A DNA stretch of 56,512 nucleotides, the filler included, from Dirinaria sp. TL-2023a (lineage: Eukaryota): the NCBI GenBank assembly GCA_051941275.1. It is 3 parts of 3 records of this genome, joined end to end, with 100 filler letters (N's around TTAATTAATTAA, not from the genome) between each part and the next. Parts side by side here need not be neighbours in the genome. Positions count along the whole stretch, not along the records: positions 37,781 to 56,512 come from JAVEBF010000370.1; 2 more parts are not named here. The stretch is one strand, 5' to 3'. The notes under the pieces are model-generated. The model ran no database searches and was not told the DNA's origin. It saw only the letters and a list, made by a program, of their open reading frames with translations. Below are positions 37,681 to 51,685 of this stretch, piece by piece. The translations under genes were made by a program, and so were the position numbers. Position 1 is the stretch's first letter. Every line of letters begins with the position of its first letter.

Positions 37681-37780
37681 NNNNNNNNNNNNNNNNNNNN
37701 NNNNNNNNNNNNNNNNNNNNNNNNTTAATTAATTAANNNNNNNNNNNNNNNNNNNNNNNNNNNNNNNNNNNNNNNNNNNN
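37681..37780. other. Assembly gap / artificial contig linker
   Basis: 44 N + TTAATTAATTAA + 44 N, identical in design to the linker at 18798. Confidence 0.97.
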
Positions 37781-38438
37781 GACAGAGTGTATCTATTCAG
37801 GTTTTTACTATCATTGCGGTGAGGGAGAGGGAAACGGAAGGGAAAGCGGGCGAGGCGGGGTGTGGCGAACAGATGGAAAATCAGTATCTACGATTAGAAA
37901 ACCAAATCCGTCTGTCTACAAATATCTAAGAGGTAGAACCGGCCATTTTACCTGATGAAAGAACCATCATGCTCTACCTTACCTTAGCCTAGAGAATCTG
38001 GAAATTACCACTCGCTTATAATTACGACCTCATCATCACGCGTCGCCTGCTTTTCCAATTTTTATTTCTCTTTTGTGCCATATCGGCTGGGCTTACCTAT
38101 GAACCTTTTGCAACTGCAGCCATTTTCTCATTTGCTGCTCTCGCCCTTTTCTGTTATTCGGAACATGATCATAGGATAACGAGGCTTTTCTGTTGGCTTC
38201 TTCGCTATCCTGTGCTAATCTAATTAACAGCAAAGCTCATCACAGCCGTTGCTATTATTGTCAATATGACTCTTGGGATATTGGTATGCGGGGAGTATTA
38301 GCATTACTCTATCCTCGAACACCTTCATATCAATACCTGCAACGTGACTGAGCGTGGCTGTCGAGGAGCCTATTTGCAAAGGCTCTGGATTTCGCAAACT
38401 TGGACGTGCTTTTGCTCATGATTACTTTGTTCGAGAAT

Positions 38439-39777
38439 ATGGCTGCTCCGGTTACTAGAATGGGCAGTTCATTGGCAGCAAAGCGCGCACGGTCACAAGA
38501 CAGCAAACGGTCTTTGACTGCGTCTCCAGTGCCAAAGGCAGCGAAAACGGAAGAGGTGCAGGAAGAACCCGACGTGCCCGCGTTTCTGCGTCAGTCAAAA
38601 GTTGGTAGGTTCAAGCGCCATGTAATCGTGCATACGCGCTCGGTGCACGATGTGTATTGGCTAGATCGCCGGGGCTAACATAATTGCAGAGATCAACACC
38701 AAGTTCCAAGAACTGGAGTGGCAGCAGTCGTTGCGAATTGCTCACGGACGGAACGATCCATCTTCAAAATGGACTCAAGACATGACGAGCCAGACCAGAT
38801 TTCGCAATCGCTATTTGAACGTCCAGCCCTGGGACAAGTCGCGCATACAACTCAAAGTTCCCGAGGGCAAGTCAGACTACATCAATGCTTCACCGATCTC
38901 GTTAAAGGATCCGAAGACCGGTATAGAGACCTGGAATTACATTGTTACCCAAGTAAGTTTATTTGCAGCGCCACAGCCATCCGCAGAACCTTGATTGAAT
39001 AAGGTTCTCTCTCAGGGTCCCAAGCAATCTGGCCTAGATCACTTTTGGCAAATGATATGGCATGAGACCTCTGAGACAGCGGTTATTGTAATGCTCACTC
39101 AAACGGCCGAAGCTGGCAAAGAAAAATGCTTTCAATATTTCCCACTTGGTGAAGAGACCGGAACCTTCCGAATAGAGAGTACCGAGAGCGATGAAACAGC
39201 CTCCGAAGGGAGCGTGGAATTGAAGCAAACGGTCTTCGATGATGCATCGAGGACTACCATTCGAGAACTAATTATGAATGTTTCAGAAGAGAGAAAGACA
39301 GTATGGCACTTGCTTTTCAGTGGCTGGCCCGATTTCGATGTTCCTGAAGGAGAAGACCGGGCGGCATTGCTCGAGCTTCTGAAGCTGTCCGTCCAGAAAA
39401 ACGGCGCATCCAGTAGGCCACGGATCATCCACTGCAGTGCAGGGGTGGGACGATCGGGAACCTTCATTGCTCTGGAGTATCTGCTCGCCCAAGTAGAATC
39501 CGGGACAATTGCAGATGCTAAGCAAGGTGAAGACTTAATATACGACCTGGTGAACCGATTACGAGAGCAACGCATGACCATGGTACAAAGTGATACCCAA
39601 TACGCCTTCCTGTATGAGGTAGTCCGTGAACAGTATAAGAAATGGCAATTAGAGAAGGCTTCCGGTACAAATGTACCAACTCAGCTGAGTCAAGGCCTAG
39701 CAGAAGGGGTGAAAACCGCCCTGTTGGGTGCCCAGAGTACGGAGAATGGACGTGATAAAGGCAAGGACCAACCTTGA
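38439..39777 (+). CDS. PTP1: Classical protein-tyrosine phosphatase (Ptp1-like); exons 38439-38604, 38690-38952, 39016-39777
   Basis: RNRYLNVQPWD, DYINAS, YIVTQ|GP, WPDF (WPD loop), IIHCSAGVGRSG (P loop) and MVQSDTQY (Q loop). Confidence 0.9.
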
Positions 39778-41159
39778 GATGAACGATAATGAATACGCCG
39801 ATCTGATCTCTGCCGTAGAAGAGCCTTTAGGCAATAGGCGCATGAGCCCTTTCGCCACCTGGACTTGGGGAGGGTGTTTAGCATTCATCACCGGCGTTGG
39901 AGGAATTCTGCTTTCCTGGAGAGCATTCGATACGTTGTTTAGCCAAAAGAGCGGGCTGCCTGGTCAGTAATCTGGTGGGCATTACGGATGACGCGAGGGT
40001 CGCAGCTGGATTAGCCCGAGCCAATTTTCAGGCCGCATATTCCCATCACCATGAAGCTAGAGTTAAGACTTTCAAGCACCGCTTTATGTATTCAAATTTA
40101 GCATGTTATGATTGAAGCTATTTATTTCGAGCAGTATTCTTTCGCTACTCTGCTAGCGGGTCGTCCGTAGCTTGCAAACCGACCTCTTCTATAGCCTTCT
40201 GCATACACACAAGCTTGGTATGATGCTCCATCATGCCTGCGCGGTTTTCGCGGCCTGTTGGGGATTGATCTTCTTTCCATCTTTATTAAAGCGGACTCTT
40301 GGTGGAGGGGCACGATTTCGGCGACCTTCGCGTGAGCGGACACTAACCAATGCTCATCAAAAATACCTCCTTTGAGAGGGAAGGTCACAGACTGACCGGA
40401 CGATTTTGCCATGGATAGCACAAGAGACGCAGTATTGGAGCTTGAGATACATTTTGGGGACCGCGTATTCAGGAAAGACAGAGGCGTCTGAAATGTCACC
40501 TACAGCCACGGATACACATTAGCCAACCTTTTTTTCTCAGATAGGCCGCAATGCAAGCGGGGAAGAAATGTGTCGTACGTATAGCGGCTGACTCCACCAT
40601 GTTGCGGATGGTGAATCTCTTTATCGCTTTATCTTTGGGGGTACATCTCGAGCAATTAGAGCAGCGGATCGGTTTAACATGACCCCTTCCCTTCTTATTG
40701 CGACCACTGCGCCATATGTGTCAGCACCTTCAAGCTCACCGAGCCCAAATGCTTTCGTACTTTGAAGCGCGCTTCTTGACCATGGTTCCAAATCTGGAAC
40801 TGGTCAGCTACCTCGATACGTTAAGAGCTCGCAGCTTGGTGAAGATTTGAATGGAAGAGCCCAAAACAACTGACCTTGTGCTATGTGCTTCAGAGTGCTG
40901 TGTGATTAATTTGACTGTTCCAGCTGTGAGAATTCAGTGAGGTTCGCCATACGAAGAATCGATTATGGTCGCCAGTGTGGCTTGTGTGGCTCGCTAAGAA
41001 CAGTTCTTATCTTAGCCTGCATCTTATCTTTCAACTTGGGTTAGCAATGTTGACGGCATCTCGCGTCGTCCGGCAACAACACAGTAACGCAACTTGTGGG
41101 AAGCCCACATTACCCTCGGTGAAACGCGTCCCCTTTGAATGCAGTCATCAATTTCCAAC

Positions 41160-43336
41160 ATGTCTGCCGCTGGAGGAACCTTCAGAGGTACGCCAGGCCG
41201 TGGGCAGGGCAGGGGTCAGGTGCCGGCTTTTGAGAACAGCCCGTCAAACATACCACGCCCCAAACTTGAATCGCAGCAAAGTTCCGCAATGCAGAGCGAT
41301 ACAGGGGCCTCGACTTTGAGTGCTAGTCGGCAAAAGCAGAGCAAGCGAGATGAGGTAAGTCTGGCGTGGAGAACATCAACTCACGACTTCATTCTCCAAG
41401 AGCTAAGCAAGCTCTAGGCAATACGCAAGAAGATGGAGGCAGACCTGAATAAGAAAAAGAACAATGTTCCCAGAGCACGGCACACCCGCAGAGCTCCTCC
41501 AGGCACTGTGCTCGCTCTGAAACCTAGTCTGGCACTCCAGATCAAGCCAAATACAACAGTTGCCGAGGCAGCCCAGCTGATGGCCGCAAAGAGAGAGGAC
41601 TGTGTGCTAGTTACCAATGATGAGGATCGGATAGCTGGTATATTCACTGCAAAAGATCTGGCTTTCCGCGTCGTTGGAACGGGTATCAAGGCACGGGAGG
41701 TCACCATATCGGAAATAATGACAAAGAATCCTTTGTGTGCAAGAACAGACACTAGCGCTACGGACGCACTGGATCTCATGGTCCGCAAGGGCTTTCGACA
41801 TCTTCCCGTCATGGACGAAAATCAAGACATATCTGGCATACTGGACATTACGAAATGTTTCTACGATGCTATGGAGAAGCTTGAGCGAGCTTACAGCTCA
41901 TCGAGAAAGCTGTATGACGCGCTTGAAGGCGTGCAATCAGAGCTTGGGTCTAGTCAGCCGCAGCAGATCATCCAGTACGTCGAGGCTTTAAGGCAAAAAA
42001 TGTCTGGCCCGACACTGGATTCGGTGCTGAACGGCATGCCGCCCACCACAGTGACTGTACGGACTTCTGTTAAAGACGCAGCGGCTTTGATGAAGGAAAA
42101 CCATACCACTGCTGTGCTAGTCCAAGATCAAGGTTCAATTACCGGTATTTTCACAAGCAAAGATGTCGTGCTTAGAGTTATTGCACCGGGACTTGATCCC
42201 GCAAATTGCAGCGTTGTCAGAGTTATGACACCACATCCAGACTTTGCTCCCATGGATATGAGCATCCAAGCGGCATTGAGGAAAATGCATGGTTAGTGAA
42301 GCCTTCCAATCCCCTATTCTATGGGACTAACGCTTATCTAGACGGGCACTATCTCAATCTGCCCGTCATGAATGAGCCAGGAGAAATCGTAGGCATGGTT
42401 GACGTGCTCAAACTGACTTATGCCACTCTTGAACAAGTATACTGACACCCAGTCTACTCAATGTACTACGTGCTTACCATAAAGCAGATTAATACTATGT
42501 CAACCAGCGATAGCGAAGGTCCAGCCTGGGGTAAATTTTGGCTATCGTTAGACAATGAATCAGAATCGATGGTTTCTGGTGAAGGTGAGAGTCACCGAGC
42601 GCACACCCCTGCCCATCGGTCACTCATATCTCCTGATATTTCTCGGCCTCTGGTGGAAAGAGTGGATAGCGTGCAACCGCACGAGTCAGCATCACACAAT
42701 GGAGACGAGTCACCTGCAGATGAGCCTGAGATCCCGTCATCGACTTTGGAGGATGCGCCTTTTCCTTTTAAGTTCAAAGCTCCAAGTGGCCGGGTCCATC
42801 GATTGCAGGTCATCGCGTCTGCTGGCATGGCAGATCTCATTGGCAATGTCACTGCTAAACTTGGTGGGGAAGTCGATGCAGTCGGTGGAGAGGCCTTCGC
42901 GGAGAATGGCAAACTAGGCAAATCAGGTTATGCGCTTAGCTACCTCGATAACGAAGGCGATACGGTCTCCATCACGACTGATCAAGATCTCCTGGACGCT
43001 ATTTCGCTAGCCAGGAAGACTCATCGCGATAAGGTGGATCTGTTCGTCCACGATCCCGAGAAGCCACCAATGACAGCAACGGTCGATCCCCGTCCCGTGC
43101 TAGGAAAGCCGCTTACACCACCTCTTTCTGATTTTAAAAGCCGTAGAAGGTTGCTGAATGACGAAGATGAAATTGAGATACCTGCCAAGAACGAGAGAAG
43201 CCCCATAATACCCCAGCCAAAGCAGCAGGAACAATTGGTGGGAGGCTTGCCGAACGACTTGCTCTTGCCCGGAGCCATCGTAACGTTAGCGGTGGTGATA
43301 ATTGGTGTGTTCGCCATCAGTCGGTCGAACAAATGA
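41160..43336 (+). CDS. CBS-pair and PB1 domain protein with C-terminal TM anchor (Mug70-like); 4 exons
   Basis: Four CBS repeats (GIFTAKDLAFRVV, GFRHLPV, GIFTSKDVVLRVI, HYLNLPV), PB1 motifs FKFKAPSGRVHR and LSYLDNEGDTVSITTDQDL, hydrophobic C-terminus LLPGAIVTLAVVIIGVF. Confidence 0.88.
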
Positions 43337-43944
43337 TAGTTTCTTTCTAGGATCCGAGCTTATATGAATACTATTAGCAGTGCCTTTTCTTGCTTTTCCT
43401 AGGTTCCGGTTCACTCTGATTTACTTAGAGGGCCGTTCCAGAGGTGTGAGCCGACATTGCTTTATCGTACTAGCTCTTTTAGGTAGCTTGAGAAACCCAG
43501 CAGCCTATGGACCGACAAGATGACAGTACCAAGGCCTTAGAGACACATACTGAGCCACCACATGTGTTGAACCTCCCGGCACGCATGAGCAGACGAATGG
43601 CACCGCCCTCAGGCCCTTCTTTTTTTGTTTGTCAAGAAACCGCTGGACAACTGCTTCTTGATATTTATGGCTAATCTCCATCTTTAGTGACTACCTCATT
43701 GATGGCATTTCGTTCGTTTTGCACACTCCTCGAGACACTGAGAAGAATAATCCCTATATCCAAGTCTACCATAAAACACCTAATAGACATGATCATCTTA
43801 TTGCGCTCACTGTCATTTCATCACCCCAAAGCTCGCCACGCCCAATAAATTCTTCAGTTATTATTATTTTTTGGCTGTCAGCAATTTCGAAGGCTTGTCG
43901 CTTGTTGAAAGGCTCTCTAAGTGTATAAGTTCTAATACGCGCGA

Positions 43945-45346
43945 TCATCTCATCGCTCTCATAGTCATCTCCACACTTTAGTTTTGGTTAGTCAAAACAT
44001 CCCGTCAAAAGCTCGACAGAGTCCTTACACGGCGAAAGTCCCTGCACTGACCGGCATCGCTCTCAAAAGGGTCGGTCCAATACCCTTCCAAAACCCTCTC
44101 AGGCCCTCGCCTCTGTAAGTTTTCCTGAAGCAGTCTCTCATGTTTTCGTATTTCCTTTCCGCTCCAAGCCCGTCACTCTGCATCTTACTCTTTACAACAT
44201 CAAATGGGTAACTTCCTAACCACAGAGCTTCACCCGCCAAGCCACCATAGGTAGCGACTCGGACCTGACTTATTTCATCTCTGCTAATATGATTACGCTG
44301 AGCGTCGGCGTTCATCAACCACTCAAATGTCAGAAACCAGAGTCCGTAAGCTTGCGCTTCTCTCAATATGGTGACGGCTTCGCCACGATAGAGGCCGTTT
44401 AAGATACCATTATGAGCTGATAGTTTCCGAACACAGTCGATGGGACCATTGTACAGCCGTGCGGTACCGTGAGGTTGGGTCTGTAGGCGAATACGGACGT
44501 GTTCAATAGGACCGGAAACGACGCTATTGGCGATGCCGGCGAAGGCACCCGACAAATAGTATTGTCCGTAGCTTAGCTGGCCAGTGGGGTTTGAAGGAGA
44601 GGTGTTGACAGCAGAGAGCTGGCGACGAGCGTAGTGAAAGGCGCCGAATTGGATAGAGACCTACTTTTATCAATTGGCGAACATGCTGTAGATGGCGGGT
44701 TCAGATTCAACAAGATGGCAAGCTTACGCAAGCACCAATCCCTATCAGCGGAGTCAAGGTACCCTATATTTGTACGAGGGCTGTTCAGCACGATTCATTG
44801 CTGCACGCGTCTGGCCATATTGAGATCAATCTGACCTTGTAAAAGGCGGTTGGTCCTTCATTCTTCAGGATCTGAGTGGCACCATCAAGAGCACTGGAGT
44901 ACTGAGATGTCGTTTGCAGTCGCACTTTAACGATATCTGAAAAGGGTCAATCAAGGCACAGAATATACCATACTTCGGCTGACTCTTACCGAAGGGCTGC
45001 CCTACGAGAGCCCAAGCACTGTCAGCTTCACAATCTTCGCATCAGACGGAATTTTTTTCCGTAGTAGAAGAAGGCAGAATTCGATGAAATAAGAGACAGA
45101 AATGCTATGTAACTTGAAGTGGAAAGCAAATCCTGATCCCAAGCCCCGATATGTCGTTCGAGAAAGCGGATTTCATGCTGATATCTTGAATGCAGCCCGT
45201 ACATGAAGAACATACAGCTATAGCACCGCTATCTGTGAGCTTTGTGACTTACCAAGCAAGACCTGGGCCACACCACCAGCAGCGCCAGCGAACAGGTCTT
45301 TAAGCGTTCTCTTAAAACTTCCCTTCTCTGGAGCCGTGTCGGACAT
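43945..45346 (-). CDS. Mitochondrial carrier, Ymc1/Ymc2 (carnitine/ornithine carrier subfamily)-like; multi-exon
   Basis: Three carrier signatures QPF|DIVKVRLQ, GPIEHVRIRLQ and YPFDVVKSKMQ; KDLFAGAAGGVAQVL; GTLTPLIGIGAC; FWKGIGPTLLRAMP. Confidence 0.88.
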
Positions 45347-45629
45347 AGCCAGAGATCCTGAGATTTATTTATTTACTCTCTCGATTATCCAATGCGATCT
45401 CTCTGTTCAGACACGCGCGATATTTTCTGACCCTCATTCACTTCACCTTACATCAGGCAAGCCTCTCGAGCTGCGCCCTACCGAGGGAGCGAGGGTACTT
45501 TCCGTTAGTACCCCTCGTACCTGCCTAAAGTACAGTACAGCAGACCTAATCAGGGCTGAGGGCTTATCCGATGTTGAAGGCTTGGCATACCGCGACTTAT
45601 CTTAGTAAGCTACCTTACCTGATGGACCT

Positions 45630-45765
45630 TACTCGTATCCACCTACTTTGTTGCGAGGGTTAGGGTTACACCCACCAAAATTCTCCCAACCCTACCTTAC
45701 TTAGGGTTATGAGGTTTTTGCTGGGATAACCCTAACCCTCGCAACAAAGTAGGTGGATACGAGTA
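45630..45765. mobile_element. MITE-like palindromic element, copy 1 (perfect 39-bp inverted arms including terminal TA; contains GGGTTAGGGTTA)
   Basis: 45630-45668 TACTCGTATCCACCTACTTTGTTGCGAGGGTTAGGGTTA is the exact reverse complement of 45727-45765; a related copy lies at 52307. Confidence 0.75.
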
Positions 45766-48700
45766 GTCAGGTACCATTGTTTACGATAATGCAGGCTGAG
45801 AGTGGCTGACACACAAAACGGTACCGACCCCCTCGACCGGCCTTCCACTCGCCTTCTGTGCCCTTTTCCGACATTTCGTTGTGGAGTAAAGTATGAATGG
45901 TCTTGATTTCTCAATATTTCATACCGTGGATAATACTCTAGAGTAGATCAAGGCCGAGGTACCCAGGATCGAAAATGGAATTGTTAATTTGTTCACTCTA
46001 CCGAGGGACATTGGGCTCATTATTCATTGCTAGCAAGGGCAATAATTGGACTTAACGGCTAACTTACATACTGGGCGCTAAAACCGTCTCGATAATTTCC
46101 TCAGTCCTCTCCACTCCCTTGTGCGGGGCTCGTGGTACGCCGTTCCTATTCCTGTTCCTTCGCCCAGCACGGCGCTCTCGCTGGCTCGCAGCTGGCTCTT
46201 AGCCCCCTCCCGCGAAGTCCCCTGAGCGCTGCGTTATTCGCCGTTGGCAGATCTCATAGAGCGGAAAGTCGACATAACCTATGACGATGTTGTCATTAAG
46301 CAAGCCAATTCGTCCGGCCGAGGATCAACGGTATTATTATTCCTAGCCCGAGTGAAGCTGCTGAGGCCAAAGCTGTCAAGATGACTTTCTCTCCCAACTA
46401 TCTCCGTCCTTTCCATTTTTTTAGCTATTGCTTTTTCCTGTCAGGATTCGTTCTGGAAACAATTTCGCCTTTGCAATTTCGGTTGTTAGCTTGGGTGCGG
46501 TATCACAGGATATATCTGGACTCCCTATTGTCGATCTTGGATATGAGCATCATCAGGCTTCTTATCTGAATGTAAGTCCGGGTGGTAGGTCATAAAAGGG
46601 CAAGCAAATTGATCATCAATAGTCGACTGGCAGTTTCTACATCTTCACGAATATCCCATTTGTGGAGCCCCCAGTCGGCGACCTACGCTTTCGTGCTCCT
46701 ATTCCCATTACGCGCAAAAAGAACTCGAAGTTTGTGAATACTGTCAGCGTTGGCAGGATGTGTCTCCAAGCGACTCCAAGCGACTCCTGCATGGGAAGCC
46801 ATAGCCGAGCAATCCATTGCGAAATATCAGACCGGCCAACCAGACCCACGGTATGAGTTCAGTGTATTTCCAGGCACCTATGCGTCCGATGTTCCTTATA
46901 CGTTCTTTGGTACCAGCAGTGCCGTAGACGATTCACACGCGTAGAGTGGTCCGGTTGCCGTCAACCTTCAAGAATACATTACCTCGTTGGTGGAGAACGG
47001 TGCTCCTAGTAGGCCTCAACTTCCTCGTTCCCCCATTTATGGGGATAGTAGCCAGATTGGAAACCTCAACGGTACTTGCATCACGACGATTATGGATGAT
47101 ACGCCCAACGCCTGGTGCCGATTGTGGCAGCTCGGCTTGACATACTAGATGGGCTCAAATTTTTATAAACATTACGGCACATTGTGACAGATGAGAAATG
47201 TAGATAAGCCACCGGAGCCGGCTCGCTCCAGAACGTAGCACTAACGAGGACACTCTAATGATAGAGTTACAGAGTGCCGTTCATTCTCGCCTAAAGCAAC
47301 GTGATAATCATACAGCTACTCCGACAAGCCTGCAGTAATCCAGACCGTGGTAGATCCATTGTGCCAAGCCCGGAGGTTTTGGTCATTGGTGATTAAATGG
47401 TCGAGACTACCTAAGGTAGAGTACGATCCCGTCCAGCCTAGGCCGGGGCGGCGGGGCGGAGGATTTATTGGCACTATGTCTACTAGCCCGAAGATGTGTG
47501 AGACCATGACAGACTAATGCAGCAGTGTACATACATTCCGCTTATTGAAGATGCAGCCTCATCCACGTTTCGGCTGATCAAGCACCTGGTAGAAGTAGGT
47601 TGTAAGCGCCGTTGTTGCCATAAGCTGCAGATGGAAGTGACTGGCAGCGCGGTAAGGTGGGGGACCATTTGCTCCGAGGCTGCTGACAACGGATCATTAC
47701 TCGAGTGATGCGAGTACTCGTACCTTGCATCAAATCTAATCTCGTAAAACGAGGCATCCATAAGGTAAGTCCCGTACAGCAGGAAGAAGCATGTCATCCT
47801 CACATGCAGAATCGCTCCACGTACATGCACATAGCTAATGATTTTCGAGGCATCGCTAGCCTATACTTCCCTGACCTTTACACTCCATATGCACTCGTAC
47901 GAGTACCTTGATCCTGGCCACAACAACGACCCATGGATCGTATGTAGTCCTGGTGCAACCGAAGGAAGGCATTGGTCTCTTTCTGCGCCTAGCTATGTTA
48001 AGGTACGCAATGCAGAAAGTTCTCTGTTTGAGTCTGCTGAATACATTACTACTCGCTAACCTGAGAACGGTTGACGAGGCACGTCACCGACTTTGGCTGA
48101 TGATATAGTCTCTGGCCAGGAGGTCGACCTGTCCATGAGATTCTTGTCTTATCTTATGCAGAGTGCCTCTTAAGCCGTCAGATCCCCCACGTCGAACCAA
48201 CGTCTTCAATGTAGGTGTCCCAAGGTACGTGTCGATAATCCTAGCTGGTAAGGCCACACTAACCCACAGGTTAAGCTATGCGAGAGGGAAACTTGCCTAT
48301 TCGCTACTCAAGCTACCGGGATCCGCCCCTGCCAGTCCTATTCATTGAATCGTCATTTCGAGCATCGCCTTTTTCAGAAGGTGCCGACCCGAAGATTGAG
48401 CTTGTTCAGGTTAGCTACGAATTCTCCACGAATTTCGGAAGCGAGGTTTGTAGGCATCTGGCACAGCTTTGAGCCGGCATGATTGGAAGCTTTGACGAAG
48501 ATGCAGAAGCCATGCTGTCAACGCAGTTTGGGCCAGAGCATGATTCGGTGCACAGGTTGAGCATCTTTCGTACATGCCATCCCAATAATTCTTGGTGACC
48601 CTAAACTCACCGAAGGCATGTATGACTACGAGAAGCCTCCTTGGAACGTCGTTGAGAGTCCCTATGCACGCTGCATAGCTCCGAAAGCTAAACTATTTCC

Positions 48701-49211
48701 CCTGCCATTTCGTGTGCGCTCCAAGTCTTTCGTTTGTAGCAATTCCCTCCACAATTCACCTGGCTTGTCTTCAGAATTCCCGGAGATACGAGCTATCGGT
48801 CAGACGTCCCTTTACAGGTTCGCCCCCATGGAACAACAACTCCTACTCTGTCACTCCTGTCGGCTCCGAAAAGTCTCATTTCTAATGTCTATAAAAAGAG
48901 GCTCTCTGCGCATGTCTGGTTTTAACCGGCACCATCTTTGTCACATATGGCTTTGGATCCATTTCGCTACTTCCGTATTCCTAACTCTGTCTGAACATTC
49001 TTTTCTTACCCTTACATATATCCTTTTTGACTCCTGCGACTACCGAACTCATCAGCCTCGTACGCTCCGTGCTTTCACCAAATCGGTCTCCTTCTTTCCC
49101 TCAATCTTTTCTATCCTTTCTTCATCCACACGTTTGATCGCATCCGTAGCACTGAGCTGCTCTTATACACCAGATAGCACTTGATACGATATCCAAAGCC
49201 CACTCCTCAAG

Positions 49212-51685
49212 ATGCTACGGGTCTTTGCAGCAGCATTTCTGTTCATCGCACAGCAAGCTGGGGCGCAGATCACCCGCAACGGTTGGACTGTGACAGCAGA
49301 TAGCTTGTGAGTTGATTTCCACTACTTCTGCCAATTCTTTTTTAGCAGTAGCCATGAAATCTTAAGAGCTGGTGGACTAGCTTAATCATCCCCCAAATAT
49401 TGATGACGTTCGAGAGAGAAAAGCTGACCAAGCGAACAACAAGTCAACCGGGCAATGAAGTAGTTAACGCTATTGATGGTAACACGGGAACTATCTGGCA
49501 TACTGAATTTAATCCGGTCAATGCACCACTCCCTCATAATATTACGATTGACATGAAACAATCTTACAATGTGAATGCTGTAAGCTATTTGCCGCGCCAG
49601 GATGGTAATAGCAACGGCAACATTGGACAGCATCAAATTGTGTTAAGCTCTGACGGAAAAACTTGGAGCTCTCCTGTGGTAATTGGAAGATATCTGGATG
49701 ACAATACCCTAAAGAAAAGTTCTTTCGTGACTAAGCCTGCTCGCTATGTTCGGATCATCGCGCTCACAGAGGCTGGCAATCGCGGACCGTGGACAAGTGT
49801 GGCAGAATTAAATGTTTTCGCAGCATCCAGCTATACGGCACCACCAATTAGCCTCGGAAGATGGGGTCCAACTGTGGATTTTCCTATTGCTCCGGCAGCT
49901 GCAGCAATCGAGCATGATACTGGAAAGCTGCTCGGCTGGTCATCATTTGCAGCAAATACATTCTCCGGAGGCCCTGGTGGAATGACGCAAACAATAACAT
50001 ACGATCCTGCGTCTCAAGCGGTCTCTCAGCGGACTGTTACCAATACACAACACGACATGTTCTGCCCTGGTCTCTCCTTGGATGCTAATGGGCGTCCAGT
50101 GGTCACCGGGGGTAACAACGCTGAAAAGACAAGCAGTAAGTGATACCTTAATACTCCTGATTTCGTTTCCTTGGGGACTGCAAAGACCTATAAGACTGGT
50201 CTTGCAAGTGCTAACCCTGAATCTCATTTCACATGATGGCAATACTAAGAAATGTTGCGCTAATTTCGTGGTTCTCAAGTATACGATCCTTCCTCGGACA
50301 CTTGGATCGCAGCGGCAAATATGCAGATATCGCGCGGTTACCAGTCATCAGCTACCTGCTCAGACGGGCGTGTCTTTACTATCGGTGGCTCGTGGAGCGG
50401 GGGCGAAGGTGGTAAAAATGGCGAAATTTACAGCCCGGCAGCAAACACGTGGACTCTTCTTCCAGGTTGCCCTGTCGCACCATTGCTCACAAATGACGCT
50501 CAAGGTGTGTATCGACAAGATAACCATGCTTGGTTATTCGGATGGAAGAACGGCTCAGTCTTCCAGGCGGGGCCCAGTAAAGCCATGAATTGGTATTCAA
50601 CAACCGGCAGTGGAGGCCAGAAGGGCGCAGGTCTACGAGCTACGGACACAGATTCGATGTGCGGCAATGCGGTCATGTACGACGCTACTAATGGCAAGAT
50701 TTTGACCGTCGGTGGCTCGCCAAATTACCAGAATTCTAATGCTACTACGAATGCTCATGTCATTTCCATTGGCACACCCAACAGCATACCTTCGGTGGCA
50801 ACCATCCAGTCAATGTCCTATCCGCGCGCTTTTGGTAACGCAGTGGCGCTTCCCGACGGTGTAAGTATTCCTAGTTCATCGTCCCCCTTCATGGCTTCGT
50901 GGTGGGTTCGCAACCATGTTTTAGGAGTCCAAGCCTCCTTCCACACGAAGGCTTAGCTCTTAATTTCATCTGCAAAAATCAAATGCTAATTTTGCATCCT
51001 TCTTTAGCAAGTTTTCATCACGGGAGGTCAGGTAAGCACCCGATCGCCAAAGGGTAGTGAGGGCATTAGTTGTCCCATACACCGTAGTGATTTGCGTCCA
51101 TTCAGAGGGTTCACTGCTAACTATGTAAAACATTAGACATATGCTGTTCCTTTCTCAGACGATACATCTGTCCTTGCGGCTGAAATTTGGAATCCAACGA
51201 CTTCGAAGTTTACAACTGTGAATCCTATGGCAATACCTCGAGTCTATCACAGTTGGGCTCTACTCATGCCCGATGCCACTGTATATAATGGCGGCGGTGG
51301 ACTGTGTGGTAGCTGCACGACCAACCATTTTGATGCCGAAATTTTCAGCCCGCCTTATCTCTTCAAGAGCGATGGAACGCTAGCTACGCGGCCAAAGATA
51401 TCATCAGTGTCGGCTACCACCGTAACTGTCGGCACGAAGCTGACGGTGAAGACGGACTCGGCCATCACAAGCTTTTCGCTCATCCGCTACGGATCAGCGA
51501 CCCACACGGTTAATACGGACCAACGGCGGATACCGTTGACTCCAACAGCATCTGGCACCAATACTTACATCATCACGATCCCAAATGACGCTGGTATCGC
51601 GCTGCCAGGCTCGTGGATGCTTTTTGCCCTCAATCCCGCTGGAGTACCCAGTGTGGCGAAAACAATTTTGATCAAGAGCAGTTGA
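49212..51685 (+). CDS. Secreted galactose oxidase-type copper radical oxidase (CAZy AA5_2) with N-terminal CBM32/F5-8; exons 49212-49306, 49444-50135, 50280-50860, 51008-51031, 51137-51685
   Basis: Signal peptide MLRVFAAAFLFIAQQAGA; CBM32 AIDGNTGTIWHT...YLPRQDG; active-site motifs HDMFCPG (Cys), RGYQSS (Tyr), GGSWSG (Trp), RVYHS (Tyr/His) and SATHTVN (His). Confidence 0.93.

Noticed and set aside
45003..45252. Riboswitch or snoRNA in the ~250-nt first intron of the mitochondrial carrier
   Set aside because: No TPP aptamer core and no convincing C/D or H/ACA box pair seen; an Rfam/Infernal scan would be needed.
45655..45740. Telomere or chromosome-fusion site
   Set aside because: Only about two TTAGGG units per arm, embedded in a dispersed inverted-repeat element.
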